The notes below the pieces were generated by a model. It was not told where the DNA came from and searched no databases. It was given only the letters and a program-made list of their open reading frames with translations. From NCBI GenBank assembly GCA_964658305.1, contig OZ210884.1:1550001-1614000 (forward strand): a stretch of DNA of 64,000 bases. Reading direction: 5' to 3'. The DNA comes from Leptogorgia sarmentosa. Lineage: Eukaryota. Shown here piece by piece: positions 1 to 13,269 of the stretch (its first letter is position 1; each line of letters begins with the position of its first letter). The position numbers and the translations under genes were made by a program.

Positions 1-149
1 CACATAAGCAGAATTATTGAGAACGTGAATATGGGCAACTATTTATATACATAGCTATATATACATGTGTGACCGGATGATGATGTATCAGCATTCACTT
101 TTCTAGCCCGCTAAATTCACGTAGTCAGGGTGCACCAATTTCCTCAACA

Positions 150-460
150 GAACCCAATTGCGGAAATGGATAATGGACCTTGATAAAGGTCATACCTCAG
201 TCATGACGTGCTGCAGCATCGTGCAACAACTTGATTAATTTCCTCCACTTCAAAGTTGTTTTCAGCACGAATATGCAATTATAATACTATATATGCAATA
301 TATAGTATATTGTTGGAATCATCAGGAGACCATTGAATACGATAGCAAATATGTTGTTGATCTCAAACTTTTCAGACGGAAACTGGGTTGTGATAAAATG
401 AGTTTCTCTGAGACTTTTACACGACATTTTAAAATCTTCTTCGTCAACTGAGCGATTCAT
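150..460 (-). pseudogene. Rhodopsin-class GPCR-like fragment (N-terminus plus TM1 start), disrupted; copy 1
   Basis: ATG at 460 gives MNRSVDEEDFKMSCKSLRETHFITTQFPSEKFEINNIFAIVFNGLLMIPTI: an N-glycosylation sequon (NRS) and a hydrophobic helix, after which the frame breaks. Family call is from recalled resemblance to cnidarian GPCR N-termini. Confidence 0.45.
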
Positions 461-1027
461 TTTGGCTTGTCCTCTCGTGTGAAAGTTTAAAAACATAATA
501 AAGGCGAAGAAAAATAGAACATCTGCCGCTTTTCAATAAATCTGCTGTCGGAGAAGTACTATATCACTTTGATTTTGACCAGAATGTTTTTTAATAAGGT
601 AATTTTTTCTGATTGCGCTTGCAGCTAAGTGCCTCGTGGACGACGGTGTTTTAAATAATAGTATAATGATAAATGAGTTTCGGACTGAGAAAGAGAGGTA
701 GCTAATGTATGCAGCAGGTGCCATATGTCGAAGACGAAAAAAAAACAAAACGACACATGAAACACCCCCATAAACGTAAGAGATATTAAGGGAATTTTAG
801 AGAATTAAAATGATAGACATCGCATTTTACATTGATAGAATGTTTGTTATAAAATCCTCATTTTTAACAACACCTCTTTGAAAAATGAATATGCCGACTA
901 ATTGTCATTCAGTGACTGAGAACTGAACCGCAGTATCCTTTCCAGACGAAATGAAGCGATATTGCATGGAAGCATGGAACAGTGAGGTAAAAATACTTGA
1001 CAAGTGCACTTTTGAAAAGCTAGCGAG

Positions 1028-1288
1028 CTACAATCCTGGCCAAAACCATTAACTACACTCCAATAAAGTTGTCCCTTTTGAGGTTTTCGACTATAAATCG
1101 TCTATTTTTTCTTGTCAAAATACCCCCTCCACCCCCAAAACAATGTTGAGTCTATGCCAAATGCATTAAACATGTTATGCAACACCATCCAACATTGATT
1201 GGTGGGGGAAAGGGGGAGGGTTCTTTATTTTGCTCTAAACCCCATAGAAAAATAGTATGTGTCGCTAATGTTTTGACCAGGATTGTAG
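1028..1288. mobile_element. MITE-like insertion present only in duplication copy 1
   Basis: Inverted termini ctacaatcctggccaaaac ... gttttgaccaggattgtag; not present at the equivalent position of copy 2. Confidence 0.65.
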
Positions 1289-1589
1289 ATGATCGAAAAT
1301 GAAAATCTTGCTCGAAATAAATAAGTCCATTCACGATCGCTCACTGATTTTTTAGCGATAGAACTTATGGTTACTTGCGCGTTCTGGTCATTGGTAGACA
1401 TTGTTTCACCGCAAAGCATACTAGCAGTTGTGACCACATAAGCAGAATTATTGAGAACGGGAATATGGGCAATTATTTATATACATAGCTATATATACAT
1501 GTGTGACCGGATGATGATGTATCAGCATTCACTTTTCTAGCCCGCTAAATTCACGTAGTCAAGCTGCACCAATTTTCTCAACAGAACCC

Positions 1590-1902
1590 AATTGGGCAAA
1601 TGCATATGGATATTGGACCTTGATAAAGGTCATACCTCAGTCACGACGTGCTGCAACATCGTGCAACAGCTTGATTAATTTCCTGCACTTCAAAGTTGTC
1701 TTCAGCACGAATATGCAATTATAATACTATAATTATATGCAATATATAGTATTGTTGGAATCATCAGGAGACCATTGAATACGATAGCAAATATGTTGTT
1801 GATCTCAAACTTTTCAGACGGAGACTGGGCTGTAATAAAATGAGTTTCTCCGAGAATTTTACATGACATTTTAAAATCTTCTTCGTCAACTGAGCGATTC
1901 AT
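1590..1902 (-). pseudogene. Rhodopsin-class GPCR-like fragment, disrupted; copy 2
   Basis: ATG at 1902; near-identical to copy 1, ends at a stop after ...IPTILYIAYNYSIIIAYSC. Confidence 0.45.
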
Positions 1903-4900
1903 TTTGGCTTGTCCTCTCGTGTGAAAGTTAAAAAACATAATAAAGGCGAAGAAGAATCGAACATCTGCCGCTTTTCAATAAATCTGCTATGTCGGAGAAG
2001 TACTATATCACTTTGATTTTGACCAAAATGTTTTCGAATAAGGTAATTTTTTCTGATTGCGCTTGCGGCTTCTAAGTGCCTCGTGGAGGACGGTGTTTTA
2101 AATAATAGTATAATGATAAATGAGTTTTGGACTGAGAAAGAGAGGTAGCTAATGTATGCAGCAGGTGCCATATGTCCAAGACGAAAAAAAAACAAAACGA
2201 CACATGAAACACCCCATAAACGTAAGAGATATTAAGGGAATTTTAGAGAATTCAAATGATAGACATCGCATTTTACATTGATAGAATGTTTGTTATAAAA
2301 TCCTCATTTTTAACAACACCTCTTTGAAAAATGAATATGCCGACTAATTGTCGTTCAGTGACTGAGAACTGAACCGCAGTATCCTTTCCAGACAAAATGA
2401 AGCGATATTGCATGGAAGCATGGAACAGCAAAAATACTTGAAAAGTGCACTTTTGAAAAGCTAGCGTGCTAGCTTTTGAACAAGTGCACTTGTCATAGAA
2501 AAAATTGGCAAAGTAAAAACATTACTTATTCCTGAGATTTTTTCCTGAATTATGATGGAAAATGAAAATCTTTTTTGGGGGGGGGGGGGGCAGTTGACCC
2601 CTTGCCCCCCACCCGCCTCGTACGCCTATGAATTAAGACCGTTCCCTTAAGGCATAATCAATGATATTGTGATGTTTCACGTACATCTGAGCGCCATAAA
2701 GCTTTTCCGCTTTAAACGCAATACAAAAAGACTGAACAGATTCCTATTAACATCATTTTCAGGAGGCATGAAAAGATGAAGCTTCTGATTTCAGCCTGGC
2801 GCATTTTACGATCATTAGTGGAGGACATAAAGAAGAGATTGGATATATTACAATGTGAAATTTTGTCTAATGCAGCGTCTGTTAGATGTAATTATTTCTA
2901 TACTGGCCTGCAGTATACGTAGCGCGTTTACTGTTATACGTAGAATATTAACATGCAAACACCTGCACGGACTAAACAACACCAAGGCCTTTAGATTGAT
3001 TAGTATAAACGGTATCAGCTCTATTTCCATTCAAGATCTGAACTGTTTCAGATATCGAAACAATAAAATTCAGCGTGTCACAGGTTGACTAACATGCTTT
3101 TTTCCGGCTGATCGAATTACCCTGTTTGACGCAAAAATCTTACAATAAGGGGCGTATCCAGCCCTACAAAAGTGGGGCGGGGTCATTCATCAATTAGACT
3201 ATGGTCAATCAAAGCATTGTCTCTATAGAGTTTTCTGGGATTGGGAATCCAATGGGGATTAGAATATAACGACGCGTGGCCGATATTCCTGATTGAAAGA
3301 CATGTTTTGAATAAAGGTGGTGGGGGTGCAAACCCCCTATCCCCCCTCCCCCCGTGGCTACGCCCCTGCTTTTACCCTGAGGGGTAAATGGGATTCCATA
3401 GTAAACTTAACAATATAATGAACAAGTTTGGGGAAATAGAAACGATGGTTTTAATTTTGCGTTTAAAAATTTCGTATTTCATATTTGGTATTACAGAATA
3501 AAACATGGGCATATTTGCAGCGAAAGCGTCTGATCAAGATTGAAATTTGCCACAAACGTCTGTATCCATAAATAGTTGTTTTCCCCAAACGTTTTAGGTA
3601 TAGAATGGACAATATTAAAAATGCGAAATTCACAAAATCCATTAAGTAGTGCTATCTAACCTGCATGTTTTACAAGGTTGTAGCACAAAAATGTTGATTT
3701 CAATCTGAAGTACAGGCTGAGGTTAAAAAAACTGATATATTTGAAATTCGAATTACTAGCATTGCATCATTTAATCGTATCGATCGACGTTCCCTGAATA
3801 TACCTTAGGTGAGAAACATGTCAAATAAACAGACGATATCAATTCATTTTTCAAGTCATTGTAATTGGGCGAAAAAACTTAATCAGATGTATAATTTTAC
3901 TTGGAATCTGGTTTTTGAATAATTATGACAGTGTTTCGGAAAAACGCTCCATGTAGTAGATAACATCCGGTCCATCCAACGCTCTTTAACATTTTTCGCT
4001 CTCAGATGCGGGGCTTATTCGGAGGCGGCGCTCAAACGAGTAAATACGGTATGTCGGTTTTTTCTGATTCACCTTGTATATTAGTTGAGAGAATTCGTTC
4101 CTTGTACTTTTTCGTATGAGTGATTCCTTACAATACCATTCCGTCTCCAATATTTCGTATTCGTCTTTGGTAGGCCTTTCTTATGAGTCAGGCTTCACCA
4201 AGAATAAATTAATTTTCGAGGTCAAACGCGGGTAAATACGATATGCGCGTGCGTTTTTTCGCTTCCATTTTGATTTGTTTTTATGAGGGCAAACCCCGAA
4301 AAAAGAAACGTTATTGATAATTTGTTTATTTTTTCAAGCTTATATTAAGAAAGAAACGATGTTTTTAATTCAAATATACGATAAGATGTACAAGATATAT
4401 CCAATTTTTACATTGTAAATGCGACAGAACAACAGAACTGTCATGGCAACAGAAGCGAAGAGAAGAACTAGTATTATCCCACATCTTCGTATTATCATGA
4501 TTATCAGTCTTAGAAAACATATCCAAGATTTAACGTGTCAAAATTCTCTTGGTCAGGAAGAAAATCAGCGAGTTAACACTAGAATTTAAGAAACTCAGCC
4601 TGTAAACCCAGACCAAGATTGTTTGCCTCTCAGGTGCCGTTTACACTATAACGCTACGCCTAGCACTCGGTTGAAAAATCACTGCGTTTCTTACCATTGT
4701 GTTTAAACTACAACGGAGTCGTTTACCGTAGCGTAGCACTACGCTTGCCACCCGGGTGCAAATCACTATGCTACGGTAAAATTGTCGTATCAAAACTTCT
4801 ATTTAAATCAAATACCACGCTACTATACATCGAACCTTTATTTTGGTTTACATTCACTGAGAGTTGCAAAGTCAAAACTATCATAGTTTAGTTTATTAAA

Positions 4901-4960
4901 TTTCGAATGTAAAATTAATTATTGTTTTTGAGGATTTGATATCTGGGAGGCTTACTTTAA

Positions 4961-7900
4961 TTAAATCAAATCTTTTCTCCCATGAAATATTTTGTTGTAG
5001 AAGAATAAGAACAAGGAAAAAGCGAAAGAGGATCTTATCATAACAACTAAAATCGCAAATGCCCTAACTGAGTAGTCCACATCTTTACCCTCTATAACAG
5101 GAATAATATTTTGTTGTACAGCCAGCGTTACAGCCACAACTACGCAAAACGTTTCAGCCAAGTATATAATGACTGTGAACCAATAACCAATGGTAAACCA
5201 ACGATTAGGTAAGTGTGTTGGACGGATGTAGTTCAGGCTGTACACAACCAGAAATGTAGCCGGCCACCACGACAAAAGTGCAATCGACATTTGTATGTCT
5301 GAGCGATCGTACCGGACTAGATAATAGACAAATGTGAGACTAAACAAAGCATTTTTCATCCAGAATGAGGCCTTTCCTTTCATCCGTTTAAGTATTATGT
5401 AATAATTATAATTTAGTATTTTGCGATTGCACCAAATGATGAACAAGAGCATAATTGAGGATAACGTGGACATCGTTTTCGAGTATATCACCCAGGTTTT
5501 GGGATTCTTGACATAAAACTCTTGCGTACAATTAGCGAAGGTCCTTTTTTCATTCATCGCGCATTTGATATCATATCCAAGATAAACAAAGAGCGTGGGC
5601 ACCCGCGCGACCAAAAGTACAAAATAAATCACCTGCAATTTAGTAAATGCAAAGTTCAAAGATTATTAGAGAAAACATTTGAAATCACAAATTTTTGTCA
5701 AAGGTGAAGTCAAAGATACTAATTATTAACCGATATTGATTGTCTCCTTACCGACGGCCTTTGTTACAACATTATACACGTCGAATGCGAATTTCATGAA
5801 ATCTATTTAACTCCCTGAAACACCACAAACACCAATGAAATCCTTATGAAAAGAGCTTTCTAACAAGGGGTTTCATTGCTGCCAAACATTCACATAGCGG
5901 GAAAAAATCAACATTGAGTTCGATTCCTTACCTCATTTTAGTCCTGCCTGACGAAAACAACTCTCATTATTTTTTCCGGTCCGTAACTCCATATAGAGCT
6001 TTCTGATTGGTTGCCGAGCGGTCCGTATCCTACGGTACGGACCGCTCGCATTCTCGTATAGATACAAATATAGTCAATATTTTTGTTTTTAAAATTGAAT
6101 GGCCGCTTTTTAAAACATTCAAAACGAATTTAGGCGATAAAGAATACATGAAAGTTCATTTTATTATGCTAAGGGATATTTTAGGGGGTATTTACAGCGA
6201 CAAAAACTCATAAGTATCAACAAAGTCTCAAAAACATTCTCGGCGAAATATTTCGGTGTCTAAAGCGTATTTTAACCATGTTTGTATCGTGAAACGATCG
6301 GGAAAATAAATAATTTTAATAAGTTTACCTTTTTCGTAGTAATGTTGAGCGTAAAAGTCGTCAATATTGAACAAAAGGCGTCAATATTGAAGGGTTTTTT
6401 CTCACTTCGTCTTGGCTGTTTAGCAGCCATACATGCGATAGAGTAGCAAAGTAAACAAACACAACTGATCTCAGAATCTAGTTCGCAACACTGGAATTTT
6501 TGACGAATTTTATCATAACATCGAGGAGAAAAAAAATTAATAAGTTATTTACCATTTAGATCGGTCCGTACTGGAAAATATTTTGTCTCGGTCACAAAAA
6601 CGTCCCTCGGCCTCGGGCTGTTTTTGAGACCTCGACAAAATATTTTCCAGCTGGTAAATAACATATATTTATTATATGGACAGCGGTATTTTATTGGGAA
6701 CTAAAACACTCGTAGAACTCATACGCCACTACATCCGGGATATGGTGCGCGTATTTTCCGTATGTCACGCTTAGGGGTGACATAACCTTCCTGCCTTTTT
6801 CGCTGTTTACAAATGGCTTCTACTTCAAGGTTTGTGAAGTTTTGCGACGAACAATAAAGCTACAAATTATATTACTATAAAATATATTACGCCGAATCCC
6901 CCGAGCGGAGGATCTATAAATGATATATTATACCGAACGAAACATTTATGCATCATTGTTTTCAAGAAGTCTATTGATTTCTTCGTCCGAGTCTTGCTCG
7001 CCCGCCATTGTGCATAGCTAATTAGCTATGCTAGGCGCGTGTTGCCCACGCGTCACGCGTGAGCGTGGGATACTATAATATCCCACGGTGGATCTGCCGT
7101 GGGATATTATAGTATCCCACGCTGGATTGCGAAATCATGAATTTGAGTGAAATACCGTAAGAAATCACACTATCACGTGGTACAAATGCTGTTTTTTCAT
7201 TGGACAATTTGAATTTGAGGTATAATATTACAATAAACTACATTAAAGCGGTATTTTATAATCTATATTTAGTAAAGGCTAATTTTAAAGCCATTAATTG
7301 TCGTGTTTTGGACTGCATGTTTTCATTAAAAGGGTAGTTGTTGTGTATTTGTGTCACTTTGAATAAGTCCATATAATAAACAGAACATTACACGGTTCGC
7401 TCGAAGATATTGCGCTCACTCGTGAGATATTGTTCTTGCCACTCGAACATAAAATCCATATCTTCTCAACCGTGTAATATATTATATTTATTTTGTCGAG
7501 ATTCTAATAAATCACTAATTCTAATAAATTCCACTAATCTTTCTCTCGAATTTTTGCCGGCATTGAAGCGCTTCTATTTGGAAAGTTTTGTTTCAATACA
7601 TCAAATACAAGTATTTTTACAAGCGTTTTTATTGTGGTTGTAATTGTCGGAAATTTCCGCACATGCACGGGATTTACCGAAATCAGGTTGCGCAATAGTC
7701 CGAGCCACGTGGAAAGCACGGTATATAGGGTAAAATGACCCGTAGAAACGTGAAAGAAAAGTGTCGCACCGGGGCTTGAACTCTAAAACAGCAACGCAAG
7801 CACCGCGTGCCTAGCCTCCTGAGCTAATTTCGAGCTCGCTGAAAACTGTCGTCAAAAAAACATTTTATAGAGAAAACTCCGTTAATAATAAAATTCTGAC

Positions 7901-8640
7901 GTCATGGTACGTTAACTCTATAATTATGATAACCTTTGATACCGTAGGGTGCATTATTCGTATTGTTTTGGCCAGAGAACATGTTACTTCCGGTTTGGCC
8001 GCACGCACAAGAATGGCAAGCTGGTTTAACTGCCGGTTTATGGCGAATTTTTTACCTATAGCCATAAAAATATGTACGAATATAGTATTTTCCAAGGCGA
8101 TTTTTTTGGTATAACTTTAAGATAGTAATATGCAAAGGAAAGGTAGTTATGACTCATCTAAATGTAAGTAATTAGTATTCCACTTGACGGTTCTCATACA
8201 ATTCTCACATATTGAAGTTTGTATGGTTTCTAGCATGTATATATCGCTCGTACTGCATTGTATACACACAGACAACGGGTATTTAGATAGAGATTGTTAC
8301 GCTGAATCGAATGGTGGTATTTGTTTTCTTATTCGGCAATATGAAACAAGCAAAGTCATGGGACTTCTGAGTCTCATTTTAATATCGGTACGTCGGTAAG
8401 GAGATCTATGCAAAGATACGAAATGCATTCATTTGATAAAAAAATATATGCATGGGATTAACAATTTGAAGCAAACTTACTGTGGCCACATGGTTGAAAT
8501 ACGTCCATGCATTAACCGCTCTTAATTTATCCGAGAGTGACCTGTAGCACTGAGAATGAGACGTCGTGTTTGATATTGTTCCAGGATCGATTTTTTCCTC
8601 GTCTTCCTTATACCAAGTTGATGATCTCGTAGCTTCACAC
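4961..8640 (-). CDS. Multi-pass membrane protein of unknown family; exons 8640-8481 and 5632-4961, 5' exon(s) not found
   Basis: The 232-aa ORF has about 6 hydrophobic segments and an acceptor ttgcag|GTG at 5632. Upstream exon 8640-8481 (ag ... ACA|gtaagt) is open and joins in phase 0: ...DKLRAVNAWTYFNHVAT|VIYFVLLVARVPTLF... Confidence 0.7.
7062..7123. repeat. Perfect hairpin with 27-bp arms and an 8-nt loop; each arm is itself quasi-palindromic
   Basis: agcgtgggatactataatatcccacgg-tggatctg-ccgtgggatattatagtatcccacgct. Confidence 0.9.
7625..7833 (-). mobile_element. Possible tRNA-derived SINE or tRNA pseudogene
   Basis: Minus strand shows an A-box-like TAGCTCAGGAGG and a B-box-like GAGTTCAAGCC at tRNA-like spacing, without a good acceptor stem, followed by ~130 nt ending in AATAAAA. 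Confidence 0.4.
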
Positions 8641-10550
8641 CTAACACAATCACATCTACATACAATGTTATGTTCTTCGGTACTTATTGCGACTTTTAAA
8701 TTATTATAATTGGTTCAAAACTTTATGAAAGAAAGTATCGAGTACAAAATACGCCAAGTCATCAAATATTAATTCTGTGCAATATGTCATCAAATATTAA
8801 TTCTGCTAAGATTAATTATTCGCTTAGTAATTGGCTATAATTAGGGAATTCCGTTCACATGAATTTCATGTTACAAACTAGAAATCCAAGGATAGTGCAA
8901 AGTTTCTACGAAGATATCGAGCTAAAGCTGATGTCGCTTGGCGGACTGTTCGGCCCTGTTGTGATCCGAATTGCCGTTAAAAACCATTCCATGTAACATC
9001 AGCTCAAAGAAAAGCTTGATGTAGTATAATAAAATAATTTAAAATATTTTATAGCCAAAAAAGGAAATCCGCACGTTCAAATTTCGCGTGCTCGACAGTA
9101 TTTTGTTGAATCTCTGACCTCTGACCTTCACGCGTTATAATAATAAAATGGAGTGTAACAACGAACGGGCGATTATGCAGTACTCAACAAATGTATAACC
9201 TGTAGGCTACCTCTGCGTAGTAATGGAAATTCAGTGTATTCACAATTTTAGGCCAACGTTTTAAATTTACTTTTCTTCGCCTACATATATAGTTAATTCT
9301 ACTTGCTGCGAAATTGAAGAATCCCTGAGTCGCCGCCACTAATCATGTAAACAATCTAGACAAGCAACCCAAACTTACTGAAGCTGTTGTCCTGTTGACT
9401 ATTTTCTATCAGTATGATCATGAATCATGTCGTCTATTTAGTCGACTAAAATATATATTACAAGGCAAAAGCGAGCAACTGGCTGAATTTGATTGTAGTA
9501 AATTATTCTTTTACATTGGGAGTACATGAATGGGAATATTTCCATAACCGCTAGGCCGGGACTATGGCGAGAACAAATGGAAACAAACACGTTCAAATAA
9601 ATGCGTGAAGCGAATATATCGACCATTATATATCAATCGTAAAACTAAATAAGATTTAAAATTATGGTTTTCTTGTTGCGACGAGTTTACTGTGTTACTG
9701 CATCAAGTGTACCCTCAAGGCAAAGACGGCAAACTAAAAATGTATGCAGATTTATAATATCCACGGCAGCAGTTGATAGTATGGGCTATGGCTATTTTTG
9801 TTCATGACAACCCATACTTGCTTTCTAGATTCATCGCAGATATTCAAATAACATTTTAACCGCTTTGGCAACATGCTCAAACATTGTTGAAACTTGGCCA
9901 CATTACTGATTCAATGTCACACTCCTTAGCGTCCGCCATATTGTATTACACAAATATTTCATCCCACGAACACGTGCTGACTGCTGAATTACAATTTTCG
10001 CAAAAATCCAAATTCCGGAGGGGCTTTGCGGCATTGTGTACTATAACTCGAGGCATCTTAGATTACATTACAGTCATTACTTCCCTAGTTAAATTTCTTA
10101 TCCATACGAACAGCTGCAAACAATGATGAACAATAGTATAACGTTACAATTGGATAATTTTTGCTTAAAAATTGAAAGGACATCGGTACACTACGGAGTT
10201 TCGCACATCAAGAGAAATTGGGACGCTCTCTCCGGAGTTTACACTATGACTGAATGACTCTATGACTGATGTGAATTTTCCCCACTCATCACAATACTGC
10301 AAAGTTTCTTTGAAACTTTGCATTAAAAAGGCAATGCAATGCATTTGCCTATATAACGTCCGTAATTGCCCCGTAGCTTGCATCAATCTATAAGATCCAT
10401 GCCGTTGGGAGATGCGTGTGAGCCATTCTCCATAAATTTAATGTTTTACCCCACGTATATATTGATAATGTCAATGATTTTTAACTTGTCATTTTCTAAA
10501 TCACAATTTCTATTTGAAAATTTTTATACACGTGTGAAGGACAACATTTT

Positions 10551-10615
10551 GTTGTGAAGTGTTGTGAAGTGTTGTGAAGTGTTGTGAAGTGTTGTGAAGT
10601 GTTGCGAAGTGTTGT
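10551..10615. repeat. 10-bp tandem repeat (gttgtgaagt), ~6.5 units
   Basis: Directly visible; five perfect units then degenerate ones. Confidence 0.95.
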
Positions 10616-11196
10616 TCGACAGGACAAATTGCTTGTGTAATTGTAAACAGTCAACAGTATTTTTTTTGCGGTCACACCTCCGAAACGTTTCAAAGAATCA
10701 ATGCAAATGCAAACAATTATAAGAATGACAATTCGATATTGAATGTAGAAAGAGAATTAAAAAATTAAGGTCTCCTTGAATTTCTATCAGATTATATACT
10801 GTATATCTTCATTAACTTTAAACAAGAACGTTGATCGTGCTAATACGGCTTCATTCACTTCCAAGTAGGGGAACGTGTTGTCGCATAAATGTCACTTGTT
10901 TGCGTTCCATACTCTCGTGTAATTTCTGTTCATTACAGCAGCTATGGCTGCAATATTCGTTTATTATAACAGATGTCAATCAGCAGCTTATCTTAATTTG
11001 TGCAAGGGGAAGATTATTAAACACTGAAGCAGCTGTCCAATAGGAATAACTATAAGGGGAAACATGCAAGGTTATGTTTAGGAAACTGTATTGCCAGTAA
11101 CACAAATTTGAGTTAATTGATTTCAACATTATTTACAACAAAATTGTTTCGCATTCACATATGGAAAATTTTGTAGCGAAACAACTCTAACCTTTA

Positions 11197-12675
11197 CTAA
11201 CGTTTTTTTGCGATAACTTTGAAATCTTTCGGACGCACGACAGATGCAATGAAGGGAGATTCTGTACTTGGTTTTTCTGCTCCCTCTGGTACTTCGATCT
11301 TATAGCGATGCAGTAATGTTGAGGCGAAAATAAACATCATTATTTTTGCTAATTGTGAACCAGGGCAATCTCTGCGACCCAAACCAAAGGGCATGAAAGC
11401 ATGAAGTTTGCTCCAGCCAACAAAATTGCCATCAGAATCAAGGAATCGTTCGGGTTTAAACCCATTTGGCTCCGGCCATTCTCGCTCGTCGTGGTGTGCT
11501 TGCTTCATATTTATCATAACGAACGTTCCCTTCGGAATTTTGTACCCACGAATGGTAATGTCCCGAATGGCATTGGAGGCCGAAAATGGGATGACGCCTG
11601 ATATTCTTTGCACTTCACACAAAGTACTTTGAAGATATGGCATGTTGGGAACATCACGCATATCTGGCAGGCGATCCTTGCCAATGATCGTATCTATTTC
11701 CGCGTGTATTTTGCGTTGGACATCTTGGTGTAAGGCCAAATACAAAATGAGCCAAGTCAATGAGTTGGACGTTGTATCTGAAGCACCAAAGACAGCGTCC
11801 ATCATTAGGGTGGGAATATCCTCCAATGAGCCAATGTCCTTTCCAGTCTCTTTGGCAAACTCTTTCTCGTATGCACAGATGAAGCTGTCTGTTAGGTCGC
11901 GAACAACACCTGGGGTGTAGGTCTTTTGGTGTGAACGGAATTCTGGGTAAAGGGTAGCCTGCGGTATCTCACAAGCCCGTTTAATGTCTCGTCGAAATTT
12001 GGTGGGGAAGAACCTCAAGAATGGAAAAAGTTGAAATAAAGGTGATTGGCTGGCAAGATCGTTGGCAATATCCAGATATTCTCGTAGGGACGTTACGACT
12101 GGTCCTAGTGGAGGTTCCTCTTTCGACGAGAGCCATAGCCATAGCTGGGATAAAGTGGCACTCACCAAAAGCGTCCTGGGGCAGAAAAGAGTTTCTGGGT
12201 CGGAATCAATTTGCTCAATCGCTATGTCAATTACACGCCTTGCTCTTTCGACGCTGTCGTCAATACCACTGCCAAAGACATGCATTGCCGACTTGAATAC
12301 CTTCCTTCGAAATATGTATGCTGGCGAGTAATCCGCCATTGAGACACTGTTAGAACCGAATATTTGGTCAAAGGGATACAGGTCTTCAGGGTTTCTTCCC
12401 GAAAGATCATCCTTCGTACCGACTCTCGCCTCGTGTATCAAGCTCGCATTGTTGAGGACAACTACTGGACCCGAGGGGCGGTAAAACGTGAAAATATCGC
12501 CGTATTTCCTCGCGAGTTCTTCGAAAGGATTTTGAGGATTGCTGAGCATTTGAAGAGTGTTCCCAATCAACGGCAATGGAAATGGCCCAGGAGGCATGTT
12601 TCGCTTCCCCGCATATGTTACCATACTCCAAATAACCCATGCAAGAAAGAGCGCTGTAATGATCTCAATGAACAT
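11197..12675 (-). CDS. Cytochrome P450, 492 aa, clan-2-like (CYP1/CYP2/CYP17-like), intronless CDS
   Basis: N-terminal membrane anchor, PPGPFPLPLIGN hinge, I-helix GASDTT, K-helix EVQR, PERF, heme motif FGLGRRDCPG. Acceptor ttcttgcag just upstream (exon start 12691) implies a 5'UTR intron. Confidence 0.97.
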   Translation of the reverse strand: MFIEIITALFLAWVIWSMVTYAGKRNMPPGPFPLPLIGNTLQMLSNPQNPFEELARKYGDIFTFYRPSGPVVVLNNASLIHEARVGTKDDLSGRNPEDLYPFDQIFGSNSVSMADYSPAYIFRRKVFKSAMHVFGSGIDDSVERARRVIDIAIEQIDSDPETLFCPRTLLVSATLSQLWLWLSSKEEPPLGPVVTSLREYLDIANDLASQSPLFQLFPFLRFFPTKFRRDIKRACEIPQATLYPEFRSHQKTYTPGVVRDLTDSFICAYEKEFAKETGKDIGSLEDIPTLMMDAVFGASDTTSNSLTWLILYLALHQDVQRKIHAEIDTIIGKDRLPDMRDVPNMPYLQSTLCEVQRISGVIPFSASNAIRDITIRGYKIPKGTFVMINMKQAHHDEREWPEPNGFKPERFLDSDGNFVGWSKLHAFMPFGLGRRDCPGSQLAKIMMFIFASTLLHRYKIEVPEGAEKPSTESPFIASVVRPKDFKVIAKKR

Positions 12676-13269
12676 GGCTTAACGTTCGGTTCTGCAAGAA
12701 AGATGATTAATTATTTCTAACAAGTATAATTATGTGGCTACCGCTTTTAAAAAGTATAAATCATGTTAACAAAGACTATTTCTTTGACTAACAAATATTC
12801 CGTCCGCAATACTTGCGATTTTTCTCATATCATGATAAACTGCCGACACTAAATGGCCACCACAGCCTCAAAAAGTGCTCAACCTTCCTCCGTGTAAAAT
12901 TTCGAGTTTTTCAATTTTCCTCAAAATGAATGGGAATTACGACTTTCAAATTGCAAAAAAAATATATATATTACGTCATTCAAATGGCTATTCAAAATGA
13001 ATGGGAATTACGTCATAAAAAATTCTAGGGGGGGGGAGCAAATACGGGACCGACTTTTTAATATTGCAACAGAAATAAAAGCGAATGACAGAAACATTTA
13101 ACAGTCCTGTAAAAACGTTCTCAATCGTGAGGAACAGGGAAATTTTGAACATTTAGGACCTCTAGATAACCCGCAAACGGCCATCTCAGATTCTAAACTC
13201 TATTTCTTGGTCGGCTTGTTCAGAATTAAGAAAATCAACTCTTATTTGATAAGGCCTATTCTAGGGTTC

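Larger units (their letters stand above)
1..2571. repeat. Tandem segmental duplication: copy 1 runs from before the window to ~1310, copy 2 is ~1311-2571
   Basis: 1-1025 aligns nearly base-for-base with 1435-2470 (both start cacataagcagaattattgagaacg). The shared tail atgat(c/g)gaaaatgaaaatctt is at ~1290 and ~2552. Confidence 0.95.

Noticed and set aside
5752..5814. Candidate extra exon of the membrane-protein gene
   Set aside because: Contains stops in the required phase; 8481 joins 5632 in frame without it.
7762..7833. Functional tRNA gene
   Set aside because: A/B-box-like motifs are present but there is no convincing acceptor or anticodon stem; kept only as a possible SINE.
10551..10615. 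10-bp repeat as a telomeric or coding repeat
   Set aside because: Simple short tandem repeat, not TTAGGG; the overlapping ORF is a by-product.
11401..12720. Several + strand and alternate-frame ORFs overlapping the P450
   Set aside because: Shadow ORFs of a real CDS with no recognisable motifs; the same applies to those overlapping both MFS genes.
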